Positions 12,441-26,399 of a DNA stretch of 64,000 bases are shown here, in pieces. The notes beneath the pieces were generated by a model. It had not been told where the DNA came from and did no database searches. It saw nothing but the letters and a program-made list of their open reading frames with translations. The DNA comes from Octopus sinensis. Its lineage: Eukaryota. The position numbers and the translations under genes were made by a program. How positions within the stretch are numbered: the stretch's first letter is position 1; every line of letters begins with the position of its first letter. The DNA lies in assembly GCF_006345805.1 (NCBI RefSeq), contig NC_043006.1:37448001-37512000 (forward strand), written 5' to 3'.

Positions 12441-12973
12441 CCAGTATATTAAATTTCATGCTATTTTATCGTTTTATATATTTTTTTTAACTTTTAGACA
12501 TTCCAGCTGAACAAACTGAAACTGACCGTCGTAACGCGAGATCCGTATGTTCACCAGTAACGTAAAACCGACCTTTAAACGTCATAATTTTTACCTCAGA
12601 AAAAAACCTGATTCCCACAACCATATCAACCCAAACGTAGAAAATAATTTGACATTTCCAAGTTTCAGACTGAGCAAAGGATGTTGTTTTATCAGAAATT
12701 TCTCCCCCAGTTATGACAAACTTAATTTCTAAGTTTCTCACAATTTGCTTTTATTAATAAATATCGACAATTTGAAACTTCATCTGGGTTAATTTACTAA
12801 TCAATGGTCTCCAGAGGAAATATCGGCAAGACGCTGTAAGCAAGGAATCATAGCAGTGTTTTTCCCGCTGTCTTTTCTAAAGTAGACAAGTAACCAATGA
12901 ACGCTCAGCATCAAATATACCACCTAATCTACTAATATAATTGGCAATATGTCTCCTTCTTTCCGTTATTCTT

Positions 12974-13013
<40 letters not shown>

Positions 13014-13469
13014 TCTCTCTCCCTCTCTCTCTCTTTGTCGCTTTCAGTCTCTTTGTGCGTGTGTGTGTGTGTGTGTTTAGCCTTCCCTCTCATGTGTACA
13101 TCAGAAGCAGTTAGCTACTTTAATAATCTCTCTATTTCAGTTTATTCTTAAAATACTGACAGGTTGCTAATTTAACTATTTAACTGAATACTGAGTAGAA
13201 ATGTATTCATTCGGTAAAGATTGTAACTGTGCACGTATTGTATTATTTATTAGATGATAAAGGGGGCCATTATTTTATTCAATTAACCCCTTAAAATACA
13301 GTGTGCCACCTAAACCTGGATGTTCCAAGTTTACCTATTATTTTGCTGTTTGTTTGACCTACTAAATTCCTCTCAAATCATGCTATATAGTATCTTAAAC
13401 AGAAGGGACGATACCTTTGACGAGTGGAATCACTATACTTCGCGGATGGGAATGACGGGATTGTTAGAA

Positions 13470-13706
13470 GCCTTTGTACATAGATCTGCTCCATCAAAAC
13501 TAACCTGAGCGAAATAACAATAGCAGCTATATGCACAGATATATGAGTGGAGATATTTAAAGATGGGAAAGCCAGTATTGAAGATAAACTATTCAATAGG
13601 AAGGCAATCGACTGCGACCACCGTCATGAATTACTTGAGAGTGGACAAACTGATACGCGCAGACAGACGAATCACAATCTGTGAGATTGTTGTACAACTG
13701 AACTGT
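13470..13706 (+). mobile_element. Mariner transposase N-terminal remnant
   Basis: GRQSTATTVMNYLRVDKLIRADRRITICEIVVQLN matches the mariner GRP-S...LI-x-xDRRITI-x-EI HTH linker. Confidence 0.8.
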
Positions 13707-14809
13707 TGTCTCCTCCTCCTCCTCCTCCTCCTCCTTCTTCTTTTCTTCTTCTTCTTCTTCTTCTTCTCTTCTTCTTCTTCTTCTTCTTCTTCTTCTTCTT
13801 CTTCTTCTTTTCTTCCAATCAACACGCACGCCATTAGCCACAAAGAATAATCTCTAAGTCGAGCCTACTCTAAACTACTAAGAATGCGTGTGGCTACTTG
13901 AAGATCCACCCACCACACGCAATAGAACTGGCGGTTGCACGGGCGCGAAAGCTACGTTGTTATCCTCATTCCGTAAACGGTGGCTTTTAACAGGGTGGGG
14001 TGCGGGAGTGACACCATCCTGTACACGGGGTACAGAGGATTCGCAATCTGAAAGTTTACCACACACCATAGTGGGTTACACCATGGTTCCTCTGCTTTGT
14101 GGCAAAAGTAGGAAGAAAAAGTGAGAGAAAGTTGAGGTAAAAGAGTACAGCTGGATCCCCTCCCCCCCCCGCCGGAGGTTCGTGGAGCTTAGGTGTTTTT
14201 GCTCAATAAACACTCACAATGCCTGGTCTGGGAATCGAAACCGCGTTCTTAAGACCGTGAGTCCGCTGCCCTAACCACCATTGCGCCCCCCCTACTGAAC
14301 TGCTGTCACAATGCATTGCGGAAGATGGTGGAAGACTTTGGTTATCGGAAGGGGAGAAGGTGTGAAGGTGAGAAGGGTAGAAATTTGCTCTGATTTTTTT
14401 GGCGTCTCTAAAGCTAATAAAGACACGTTATTCCCCGATTTGGTGACAGGGGGATTTTTATGATACCCGGTTTTCAATGCGTAAGAAATTCAAGAGTCAG
14501 CGATCGATACAGAAAGACATGGTAACTGTTTGTGGGGTAACATATCTTCTTGATTTTCTGCAACGTGGTTGTACCGTAAACAGCATGTAATATAAAATTT
14601 TACTGTAATATATAATTTATTGAAACGCTCAAAATGGTTGGAGTTAAGAGGAAATAAATCGGATTTGGTACTTACATATCTACAGTGTCCTACCAGCACC
14701 TGATACCTTAATGATCGGTTTACCTCACTATGAACCCCATGTTATGGTACCTAGCCGTTTCTGGTGTCCTACGTGTTGATGTGCCTAGATTCTATTGAAT
14801 CCTATAACT

Positions 14810-15163
14810 TAGTGGTTCACATCTGGGGTCTATATGGCTCCTGAGGGTCCATTTACGATTTTGGAGGGTCTTTGCAACAAAATAGTAAATTGGGGGTCCA
14901 CAATAGTATTTCAAGGGCCCCTAGATAAATTTTGTTTTAGATGTATGTATTGATTATGTATTGCAAGAAACAGCTGGGTTTCTTTCTCTAACATTTTACA
15001 TAGTTCAATCTACACGAGTTAATGTAGGAAAAACAAAATAGGAAATTTGAAAGAATTTTCTATAAAACTAGTTTTCAAGCATCGAATGGCTATGGCGGTC
15101 CATCAGAATCAAAATAGTACTCAAAGGGGTCCATAGATAAAAAAAAATGGATGAGAACCCTTG
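14810..15163. mobile_element. hAT-type MITE; related ends near 1390-1433, 10432 and 63860
   Basis: Ends TAGTGGTTC...GGGGTC and GGGGTCC...GAGAACCCTTG resemble CAGNGGTTCTCAA hAT termini; no clean 8-bp TSD seen. Confidence 0.55.
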
Positions 15164-15192
15164 CTGTCGCTGATATATGTATATGCATGTGT

Positions 15193-15231
<39 letters not shown>

Positions 15232-15864
15232 ACACGCGTGCAGAGAGAGAGAGAAAAAAAGAGGGAGAGAGAGAGAAAGAGAGGGCGAGAGAGAGTGAAA
15301 GAGATAGAGAACGTGCACACAAAATACAAAAGACAAACGTAGAGACAGAGATGTGACATAAATAGGCACGGTTGCAGGATTGTTGTGTGGGACATATTAG
15401 TACTGAACTTTAGAGAGAGAGAGAGATAGACAGAGAGACAGAGACAGACAGAGAGACAGAGACAGAGAAAGAGAGACAGAGAAAGAATTAGGACAGCACA
15501 TGTCTACATAGTTGCCTACATCCATACACATGACAGTCACAAGATGACAGCAGCGGTTTATGATAGGAAAGTAGAGCAGGGTATGATGTTTCTGACGATG
15601 GTGATGATGATGATGATGATAATGATAAGAATAATAGTGATGATGATGGTAACGAGGGGTAGAAGGCAGAAGGAGGGGGGAAGGAGCGGGAAGATGAGTA
15701 AGAGGAAGGGGCTGACATCGACAATGGAAAAAAATGGTAATAAATATATCTGCTTTACATTTCGGTCGAACTATTTCATTCCATCTACTTCACACATATT
15801 ATATTGTCATATTCTTATCCTCCCACACAGCATACATACATACATACGTACATGCATACACACA

Positions 15865-15964
<100 letters not shown>

Positions 15965-16298
15965 CACACACATAGTCATACATAAATACATACATATATA
16001 TGCGTGTATATATATATATATATACAGGTATGTATGTATGTATGATAAGCTACTGCGTAAATCCTTCGTACTACAGTCACGTTTCAACTCTAAGAAATCG
16101 ACCCCAGGACTTATTCTTTGTAAGCGTAGTACTTATTCTATCGGTCTCTTTTGCCGAGCCACTAGATCTTGGGGATATAAATACACCAACATCAGTTGTC
16201 AGCGATGGTGGGGAGACAAACACAGACACAAAGACACACAGACATAAATATAATATATATATATATATATATATACTATAGATATATATATATATATC

Positions 16299-16337
<39 letters not shown>

Positions 16338-16340
<3 letters not shown>

Positions 16341-16467
16341 AATAAAATGAGACAACAAACCAAGCTGTGTGGAGTTTTCAGGACATTTAGAAAGAGAAAG
16401 ACTAATTTTCTCTTTATAAATATCCTGAAAACTCCACACAGCCCTGGTTTTGTCTTATTTTATTTAA
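16338..16467. mobile_element. 130-bp palindromic MITE-like element
   Basis: About 60-bp arms (inner 36 bp with 2 mismatches) around a 7-nt loop; lies between (GT)n and TA. Confidence 0.7.
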
Positions 16468-16829
16468 TATATACATGCTCATACAAGACCCACATTAGGC
16501 TCCTTCACTCGTATCATTATCAGACTGAGAGTTTAACTACGGTTCTTTCATAGCACTTACATGGCGTTACCTACCACCTTGGGTCTTCTGGATACTAATA
16601 CTAATACTATATATATATATCACGACGGGCTTCTTTCACTTTCCGTCCACCAAATCAACTCACAAGACTTTGGTCGATCCGAACGAGGCTTTAGTAGAAG
16701 ACACTTGCCCAAGGTTCCACGCAGTGGGACTGAACTCAGAAACATATGGTTGAGAAGCAAGCTTCTTACCACATAGCCACTCCTGCGCCGCCTTCCACAG
16801 AAATTAATGCCATCGTACTAATCCATATA

Positions 16830-17106
16830 CTGGTACTCCGTCGGTTACGACGAAGAGGGTTTTCAGTTGATTCGATCAGCGAAACAGCCTGTTCGTGAAA
16901 TTAAAGATCCAGAAAGATCTAGGGTGGCACAGAGTGTGATAAGGCTGGCTCCTTTCAAATATAGGTACAGTTCATTTTTGCCAGCTCAGCAGACTGGAGC
17001 AACATGAAATAAAATGTCTTGCTCAAGGACACAACGCTCCGCCGGTAATCGAACTCATGACGTGACGATTTTAAACCGAATACCTAAACCACTAAGCTAC
17101 GCACCT
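16830..17106 (-). mobile_element. tRNA-derived SINE family D; others 35768-35940, 55320-56042 (split), 29430-29645 (related)
   Basis: Shared body GGTACTCCGTCGGTTACGACG...CTCAAGGACACAACG and a tRNA-like head at the right end. Confidence 0.85.
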
Positions 17107-17939
17107 TCATTACATCACTAATCAATAACACTTTGTGTCACATACACAAAGCTGAATTCCAGAATGCGACAATTTGGGTTAAATAATGACAACAAATACA
17201 CTATAAGCGACTGTTCGTGCTCCTAGAAACACAGACCAAATGTTCCTCAAACAACTCTACTACCGCTTTGTAAAAGGTAAGACATAATCAGCAATGATAA
17301 ATGGTGGAGGCAATCGTAGTTAGAAGCCCTTTGATAATAAGTCTACTTGCTCAATCAGAACCACACTCTCCATAGTCAAGCGAGCTGCTCGAAATAGCTG
17401 CCAGATCTCTTTCAAATCATATTCCACCATCTTCAGAAAAGCAAAATAAGTAAGCCATCTTGAGCAATGTTACTGTAGGTACTCTTAAAGATAAGATAAC
17501 CCAGCTAGAAAGACAGTGGTCATGAGAGCTAACAGAAGGTTAAGCAATTATTAAATTGTGATATATTAAAATACGTCCACATTAACAATGCAATAATACC
17601 AGGAATGCAAACAGCTTGTTCTTCACAAAAATTTTAGGATAAATATGAAGTTTGAATGAAATTTGGCTGCATTTTCTTGCAAATCTAAAGAGCCTTCAAG
17701 AAGTGTCTCTCGATGACAGCAATACAGAAGACGACTGAAGGGCAAAATAAATGCCTAATGTATAAACTATCACGAAGCTGCCCAATTCTATTTGCCACTG
17801 GATCTGGAAAAGGGCAAGAGGGTACTACGGTGTTGAACTAGGATTAGGCAGGTATGTAGGATATTTAGTTTGCATACACCCTCAACAACAACAACAACTG
17901 CACCAATAACTAATATTTTGTGATGGTTGTCGTAGAGCA

Positions 17940-18170
17940 AGAAGTATGGTAATTTTCTACTCTAGGCACAAGGCCTGAAATTTTAGGTGAGGGGGGCCAG
18001 TCGATTAGATCGACCCCAGTATGCAACTGCCACTTAATTTATCGAGCCCCGAAAGGATGAAAAGTAAAGTCGACCTCGGCGGAAATTGAACTCAGAACGT
18101 AGCGACGGGCGAAATACCGCTCAGCATTTCGCCCGGTGTGTTAGCGTTTCCGCCAGCTCACCGCCGTCTT
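17940..18170 (-). mobile_element. SINE family A, full-length monomer
   Basis: Complete head GGCGGTGAGCTGGCGGAAACGCTAAC, core and tail GGCCTTGTGCCTAGAGTAGAAAA. Confidence 0.9.
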
Positions 18171-19221
18171 AAGAAGTAAGGTTATGAGATAACAATGTTG
18201 TTGCTGTTGTTGTTGTTTTGCCATGAGTGAACATTAATCGAACGCGAACAGTCATAACGTTTTTTTTGTTTTTTTCTTCTGTTGGGTTGGGTTGGGTACC
18301 TAGGACTTTCTTAATTTAATACGACCTAATAGGGCCGGAGTTTAAGGGTGAATTTGGTTGTTATTTCTAGTCATAAGGGAAAAGTAGGAACCAGCGTAAA
18401 AGATTGTGATTGGGGCGATGATTTTGAACTGCATTGATCATGTATCTGATCAATCGGTGGCTGACTTTGGAGCCTTTGCAACGACAACAATAACAACAAC
18501 AGCGACAACAAAATAACAACAACAACGACAACAACAATAGCGACAACACCAGCAGTGAAACTAACCTGATATCATCCGATGCAGCAGAAAGTTTGTAGCC
18601 ATTCCAAAAAAGAATCACACAACGCTTCTAGTATACGGATGCGAGCACCAGTTTGAAATGTTCGGTGTATCCATCACTTTAAACATTATTATCTAGTTTA
18701 TCGAGTAGCGAGATGAGGTGGATGAGAGTGAGAGAGAGGAGAGAGAGAGAGAGAGAGAGAATGAGAGAGATGAAGCAGGAGAAAAAGAGAGAGAACATAA
18801 AGAGAGAGGTGTCTATAATAATTGCGACCCATATCTGGTTTCGTTATACACGATTGGGTGAGAATCAGAGCGCAGGAAACCGGGTCGGTTAGACCGACAG
18901 AGAAATAGAGAGAGGGAGGGAGAGAGTGAGAAATAGAAAGAGAAAGAGAGAGAGAGAGAGAGATTACAGCAAGAATGAGAGATAGATGAGTTATGAAGAT
19001 ATGAAACGAGGCCTCAATCTAGGTTGTTCACAAGTATCCGTTCTGTCTGTTATTTGGAATAACAATATAAGAATTAAGAAACACGTCATGGAGTCATAGA
19101 TTTTAGATATTTTTGTTTTGTTTTCGTATACGCATACATTCTTTTATAAATATATATATACGTTCATTTATTCGCATATGTATATATACATATACGTATA
19201 TTCATACATGTGTGTGTGTGT

Positions 19222-19285
<64 letters not shown>

Positions 19286-19425
19286 ATACATATGCTTTTT
19301 TTTATATATAATAATCTGCAGAAGTTGCAGCTCTTGAATCACGCCTGCAACTTCTGTCGAGTGTTAACATAAAAAAGAGACCCGCATATATAGCCATGTT
19401 TTTGAGCTCCAGTGTACATCATAAA

Positions 19426-20113
<688 letters not shown>

Positions 20114-20204
20114 ATATATATATATATATATATATACATACACACACACACATATATATATATATATAGTAAAATGGAATAATTACAATGAAACATTGTG
20201 TAGA

Positions 20205-20609
20205 ATATATTGTATAAAGGATTGTGAGTAAGGCCAAAACAATGCGAAGTAAATGCAAGGTAAATGACAAGAAGATAAATATGTGAATTAATGTAGACTT
20301 ACCTTGTATTCAATATTTCGGGGTTATGACCCCATTGTCAAGAAAATAAACGAGTGTTGCGGTTTTTTCAATTGCGTGGGGGACGGGATAAACTACCTGC
20401 ATCCATTTGCTATAAGAGCAGGTAGTAACTTTACTATATCCTTATTCTTAGTGCAACATTAGTTTATTTTCTTGAAAATGGCCTCATAACCTCCGAAATA
20501 TTGATTACAAGGTGAGTCTACATTAATTAATATATTTGTTTTCTCGTGATTTACCTTGCATTTATTTCGCAATGTTTTGGCCTTACCCACAATCCGTTAT
20601 ACAATATAT
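20205..20609. mobile_element. Inverted-repeat element (about 155-bp arms), each arm with a hammerhead-like motif
   Basis: 20205-20360 is approximately the reverse complement of 20452-20609; the left arm (-) has TTC-TTGACAA-T-GGGG-TCATAA-CCCC-GAAA-TA-TT-GAA at 20309-20344. Confidence 0.75.
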
Positions 20610-21750
20610 ATGTGCATGTATGTATGTATGTATGTATGTATGTATGTATGTATGTATGTATGTATGTATGTATGTAGTATGTAGTATGTATGTATATATG
20701 TATGAATGTATGTATTAATATGTATGTATAGAAATGCATGTGTACAAATATATATAGATATAGATATACTCTTATATATATATATATATATATATATATA
20801 CGTGAGTATATGTATGTACGCTCGTATACATACGCTATATACAAGATTGTGTGGGGGAGGGGACGGGTGTGGGAAAGGGGAGGGGTGTGGGTGCGCGTGC
20901 GCATGCGTACAGAAGTGCAGCGAATACAATCTCAGATATTATGAACGAAGGAGGAAGCTGGAAATGTTGACCATCCTGTCTCGACAATAGACGCATCATC
21001 AACTCACATAGACCCAGTGACACAGAAGACACCACATATATATTCGTGCGAGTGAGTGAGCACGTGTGAACGTGTTTGTGTGTGTGTGTGTGTGTGTGTG
21101 AGCACGTGTGAACGTGTTGTGTGTGTGTGTGTGTGTGTCTGTGTGTATGTGTGTGTGTGCACGTGTGTACACAAATGTTACTGCATGAGCACGAAAGAGG
21201 AAGGTAGTACTTAGACTACAGTGAAAGTCAAGGAGTGACCAAAATTTCAATTTAAAAATAGAACTTTTTCTAACACACACGCATGCACACACACATACAT
21301 AGAGTTATAGATATACATATAATTATATGCACATACTCATATCTGCATCTAGTCATTTATACACGCACACACGCCTACAAACACGTGCGGGCACACACAC
21401 ACACACATCTTTTATTTTCTATTTTGTTTCAGTCATTAGACTGCGGCCATGCTGGGGCACCGCCTTAAGGAATTTCAGTCGCTCTTCGACATCTGACTTG
21501 TGGAACCCGTTGCACCCATACAGGTAATGTCGATCTGATGGAGGAAGTGAGCTTATTTGTACACAGACATTTGATCACTATAAACAAGTCATCTGAGTGG
21601 TTGTTTGGTAAGAAATTGTCGAACCCTCATACATTGTCTAACGACGGGAGAGCTCGTCATATATATATAACACCTTTTAAGGGGTTGCTCCTGTATAGGC
21701 GCACTCAAATGACTGAAACAAGTAAAAGAATATATATATATACATATATC

Positions 21751-21946
21751 TGTCCGGCATTCGCCATGATAGATCTATGGCCACTACACATTCTTTATTT
21801 TTTCTCCTTGTTTCTTTCTGTGTTCTTTTCTGTGGAAGAGCGTAGGCTCGAAATGTTAAAGACTTTTTCACTTCCCGAGTGTTATACTAATACATCTGTT
21901 TGTTTTCTACAACACCTGTCTTCGTCTTTTTTTGTGAATTCTCCCT
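21751..21946 (+). mobile_element. PLE-type short repeat, family 1 (degenerate hammerhead, 21826-21861)
   Basis: Reverse-complement homologue of 1962-2235; CTGTGGA-A-GAGC-GTAG-GCTC-GAAA. Confidence 0.7.
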
Positions 21947-22055
21947 ATATATACATACATATATATATATATATATATATTATGTACTCTATATAAAAAA
22001 GAGAACACAATTCACTAACATAAGTTTATACAAGAACTTAGTAAAACACGACTAT

Positions 22056-22315
22056 TTGCCGCCAAAACATCTGAGGGATCTTCATGGAGTAGCAAGGGTA
22101 GACGCTTTCAAGAAAAAAACCTGACCTCTGATTATCGAAGGTCCTCGGTGAACCTACATTACGGCAAGTAACTCAAAAAAGAGCAGCAGTATCGAACTCC
22201 CTTTTTCACCAAAGACCAGTCACATAAAATTGGCCATTGAAGAGATGACTACACTAGTGGTGCTCCAGCATGGCCACAGACTTAGGACTGAAATGTATAA
22301 AAGAATAAAAGAATG
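22056..22315 (+). mobile_element. CR1-like LINE 3' end with 3' UTR tail
   Basis: LPPKHLRDLHGVARVDAFKKK / DLxLSKVLGEPT...AVSNSL is typical of CR1-group ORF2 ends; tail GGTGCTCCAGCATGGCCACAG...CTGAAA. Confidence 0.75.
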
Positions 22316-22929
22316 CAGTCCAACTAATTACACTGAAGGCACACATATATCATACAAAAGTAGAAATGTAAAATTTATGATCTGATAAGATGATATTTCT
22401 TAAAGCTGACTGCATCTACCATAGCAACATGGGAAAAATGATCTCAATGACAAATTGAGATACATAGGAGAACCCTTACTTAACACCCCTAAATACAGAA
22501 ACATAAACAATAATAAGGAATAATTCCCCCATAGAGCATCAACACATCAGAAACAAAGAAAAGAGAATTGTTTTGACAGTATTAGAATACACTCTCTCAT
22601 TTTCCCTAGATACTACAAAATATTTGACGGAAATTTTATAGCAGCCAACTGTAGTTATTTAGATAAGAAGTATTCCCTACTGTTGATCTATAAAAAGAAA
22701 ATAACCTCAAAACACTGCATAGCTATTTCAAATAGAATGTAATTTTAGAAATACGGACAACTTCATTCCGAATGGAAAATGTCTGCCGAAAGCACCAGTG
22801 TATAGGGGTGAAGCAACGTCAACGGATGTCACGGAAACTGCATTCATCATGTATGCAAATTGAATGTTTTAAATTTTTTTCCGAAATAATTTTTGAAAAT
22901 TTCAATAGATTTGGAATTAAACTTGCTAA

Positions 22930-23875
22930 GAAAATAGGCATTAAAACTCTGAGGGAACAAAACGAAACACCACGCCTCATCTCAAAATACTACCGTATAT
23001 ATCAACTAACAATAAGAGAAACAATGAGGCATACAACATTATTGTACAAAATCTACCAATGCTCACTAGGGTCCAAAAACGAACAACATCCTGAAAACAC
23101 ATAAGTCCGTTAAGTGTAAAAAGCAATCCCAGTCGCTGAAAAGACGTCTGACAAATGCGAAGCTTTACCCAACAACTACGAAACCAATGGTTAAAAAATG
23201 TGAGCGTCCAAACTGTGGAACATACTCCAACCTACTGGAAGGTTTGGAATTCCTATTGAAACAAGGAGAGGAGTTCACAATTAAGACCAACTTCACTTGT
23301 GAATCCGAGAATTTAATTTATGTTATAACTTGCTCAGGTTGTGGACATAGGACAGACAAGTATAGCACTTAGACGGAGAACCACACTACATAAAGAATAG
23401 ATCCGTTTCCCAAAGTATAGACAAATATTTTGAGTGAACACATAGAGAGATGTACAGGGAATATCCAACCAAATTTCAGTTTTCCCCATCTAACAGTGCA
23501 AAAAAAACAATTTCTGTACAAGAATGTTTAAATAAAGAAAATGTATTTATCGAAAAATACAGAACACGCGTGAATATGAACGCATAACCAACTTTAGTCT
23601 ATATTTTTGATTCATGATCACATATCCATCACTGGACATATTTCATCTCACTACTTTAGCTTATGAGTTGTGTATGTTTATTTATCCCACTCCAAAAATG
23701 AACAATTACCTCTCTTGTTCCGAGTAATAACTATCACTAATTGCTTCCCCTTAGATTTTTCACAAACTTTCATACATGAACATGGACTAAAGTTTTCTTA
23801 GGAAAATACGAAATTACAATAATTTCAATGTTATGATTACCGAAAGCGAAACCGGTAGACAACCACAATACACTT
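22930..23875 (+). mobile_element. Penelope-like element remnant (RT-EN linker, GIY-YIG endonuclease, 3' tail)
   Basis: Frameshifted LPYISTNNKRNNEAYNIIVQNLPML; KCKKQSQSLKRRLTNAKLY...VKKCERPNCGT...FTIKTNFTCESENLIYVITCSGCG; SEHIERC; KENVFIEKY. Confidence 0.9.
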
Positions 23876-24142
23876 TCATTTAATATATGTTAAAACTATG
23901 TAAACTGTGTGCATTTTCCTTCTTTTATTATATATATATATACATAATTGTACATAATTATATAACTGTATATACATATATACAATAATTTCTGTATATA
24001 TACACATATTATATACAGATAGCTTATAATTTATATTCGTATATATATTTATATATTTATGGAGATACGTATATGTGTAAATATTTATATTTATATACAT
24101 TTATATATATATGCGCGTGTGTGTGCGTGTGTGTACATATGC

Positions 24143-24176
<34 letters not shown>

Positions 24177-24699
24177 GCACATTCATACATTATATGTATA
24201 AAGATATATGTAGGTATAGATATACATGTGTGTGTGTTGTTGTTGTTGTTGTTGTTGTTTAATTCTTGGTTAGTTTGTTCTGAAAAACAATAGTCTATCA
24301 ACAAATATTTGTATGTACACAATAGTTTTCTTAGGAAATACGCACAAATGTGCACAATATTTTAAAAACCAACTTTTCAATACGTTGACGTACATCGTTG
24401 TCCATTCGTTGTCCATTCTCATACGATATTCCACAAAACAAATATTTTGTTTATAATTTACTTTCTTTATTTTCTGTTGTTGCCTATATTTCTTTTCATG
24501 CAAAAACTAAGCAAAATGACCTTAGATGCCTTTGTCCATTTTGGCATCATTCAAAACCCAACAAATATAAACCCGTACTGATAAAGAAACAAAAGTGGTT
24601 CACAACAACAACAACAACCTCAACAGTTGAAAAGCAAACATGTACCCCAATGCCGACACATGTGAATAGTAATCGCAACTGAGGTGACAGTGAAATCGA

Positions 24700-25980
24700 C
24701 ATTCTCATGAACTCAAGGGTCACTCTTTCTCAAAATGAAAACGTCCACGCCTTATGTGGAAAGCGTATTGCTAAAAGTGTTGCTCGTCTTTTTAATAACC
24801 AGAGTCGACCACAATATATTCCAATATTAGAATACGTCATAAACTTCATTGACTTAAGTATTTCCTGGTGAACAGAATACATGTTGCGATCGGTGGCATT
24901 TATTCAAGCCCAGCAAAGGTCACCTAGCGATGGTGCGCTTCAGAAAACTGTTTTGGGCCCGCTTCACTTTATCGTCTATATAAACAGCATGGTCATCAAA
25001 CACAGCAGCATTAGAATTTTTGCGGATGACTTTATGCTTCTGAAAGTCGTCGACAGGACAGGGCAGAGCAGGAGATCAGACTGATCTCCATTCGGATCTA
25101 CTCGTTATCTACTGTTGAACTAACACAATATACAGCTAAACGAGAATAAATTTGATTTATTACGGGCGGCAAAGAGGTTGCACTTAAGCTACTATACACT
25201 CTCTTTCCTCGGGCGAAAACCTTGTGGTTTCAAGGGACCTTGGAGTAACTGTCGACAACAGCTTAAACTGGAGTGCCCACATAAACAACAAAGTCGATAT
25301 GGCTTGCAGGCCCAACTCCTAGATCCTTAGACTTCTCGGCTTGAAGACACTCTTACCAGTTTTCTTCTTTTATCTACTTTCGATTGTCCTTACCCTAAAT
25401 ATTGCTGCCCACGGTGGTTTCCTACACGGAACAAAATATTACGAAGATTGAAGCGCCCCAGAAATCGATCACAAAAATAAAATACACAACACGACAAGTT
25501 TTGATTACTGGTATCGTCTCAAGAAACTCAAACTTCATTCTCACCAACGCAGTCATTAGCCCTAAGTCATCTATATGGCGTGGAAAGTATTCCCGCAGCA
25601 TTGCCCAAACGATGTTGGCGTTAATTTTAAAATTTGTCCAAGGCTTGGTCCTCGTGTCATCCGAACTCTACAAAAATCGTGCTCCCGTCACATCACGACA
25701 CTAAGACAGAACTATTTCACTGCCACTGACCCTGCTCTCGTAAGCATCATGCTAAGATGTAAAAGAGAAGAAAAACATTTCATAACACTTAAATGGGTCT
25801 TGGATAAATATTACCAACAAATTCCAGATAAACCACCTACAGCTGGATCAATCTCTGCAAACAACAATTCTTTCCCCGAATAGGCTTAGAGAATGACTGT
25901 GGTATGAAACATCGTTAAATGTCTTTTCTAACAGGAGCTATTAAGCTAGTCATGGCCTGGGTCAATTCTGGTTGAAACTC
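24700..25980 (+). mobile_element. CR1-like LINE ORF2 3' portion (RT pseudogene)
   Basis: GALQKTVLGPLHFIVYINSMVIKHSSIRIFADD (RT motif), DLGVTVDNSLNWSAHINNK, AWKVFPQHCPNDVGVNFK...LDKYYQQIPDKPP; multiple stops and frameshifts. Confidence 0.9.
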
Positions 25981-26006
25981 ATATCAGTATGAAAGTTCTC
26001 AGTATG

Positions 26007-26053
<47 letters not shown>

Positions 26054-26060
26054 ATATTAT

Positions 26061-26322
26061 ATTAAATTAGAGATAAAACCACTATTAAGCAAATCAAACA
26101 ATGAAAAACATAAGCCAATACATAAAATTAATTAATTTATATTATTTTAAATATATATCAAAAGTATTAAAAGTTTAATAAAAGATAAGAGTAGAACACT
26201 ACGATCGTTTCATGGCTGTACAATTCGTAATAATTCGAGTTATGGTTACAGTCAATCTTCAGGTTAATTGAAATATCTAAAATATAATCAGAAATATTTA
26301 AACAATATTTTTAAGATATAAA

Positions 26323-26330
<8 letters not shown>
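26061..26330 (-). mobile_element. PLE-type short repeat with hammerhead motif (26195-26266) inserted in (TA)n
   Basis: CTGAAGA-T-TGACTGTA-[loop]-TACAGCCA-T-GAAA-CGATCG-TA; core intact, palindromic stem III. Confidence 0.7.
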
Positions 26331-26398
<68 letters not shown>

Positions 26399-26399
26399 T

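Noticed and set aside
12498-12544. Plus-strand 47-nt segment with TTTTAG acceptor and GTATGT donor
   Set aside because: Opposite strand to the better exon candidates, not 3n, no homology recognised; within chance expectation.
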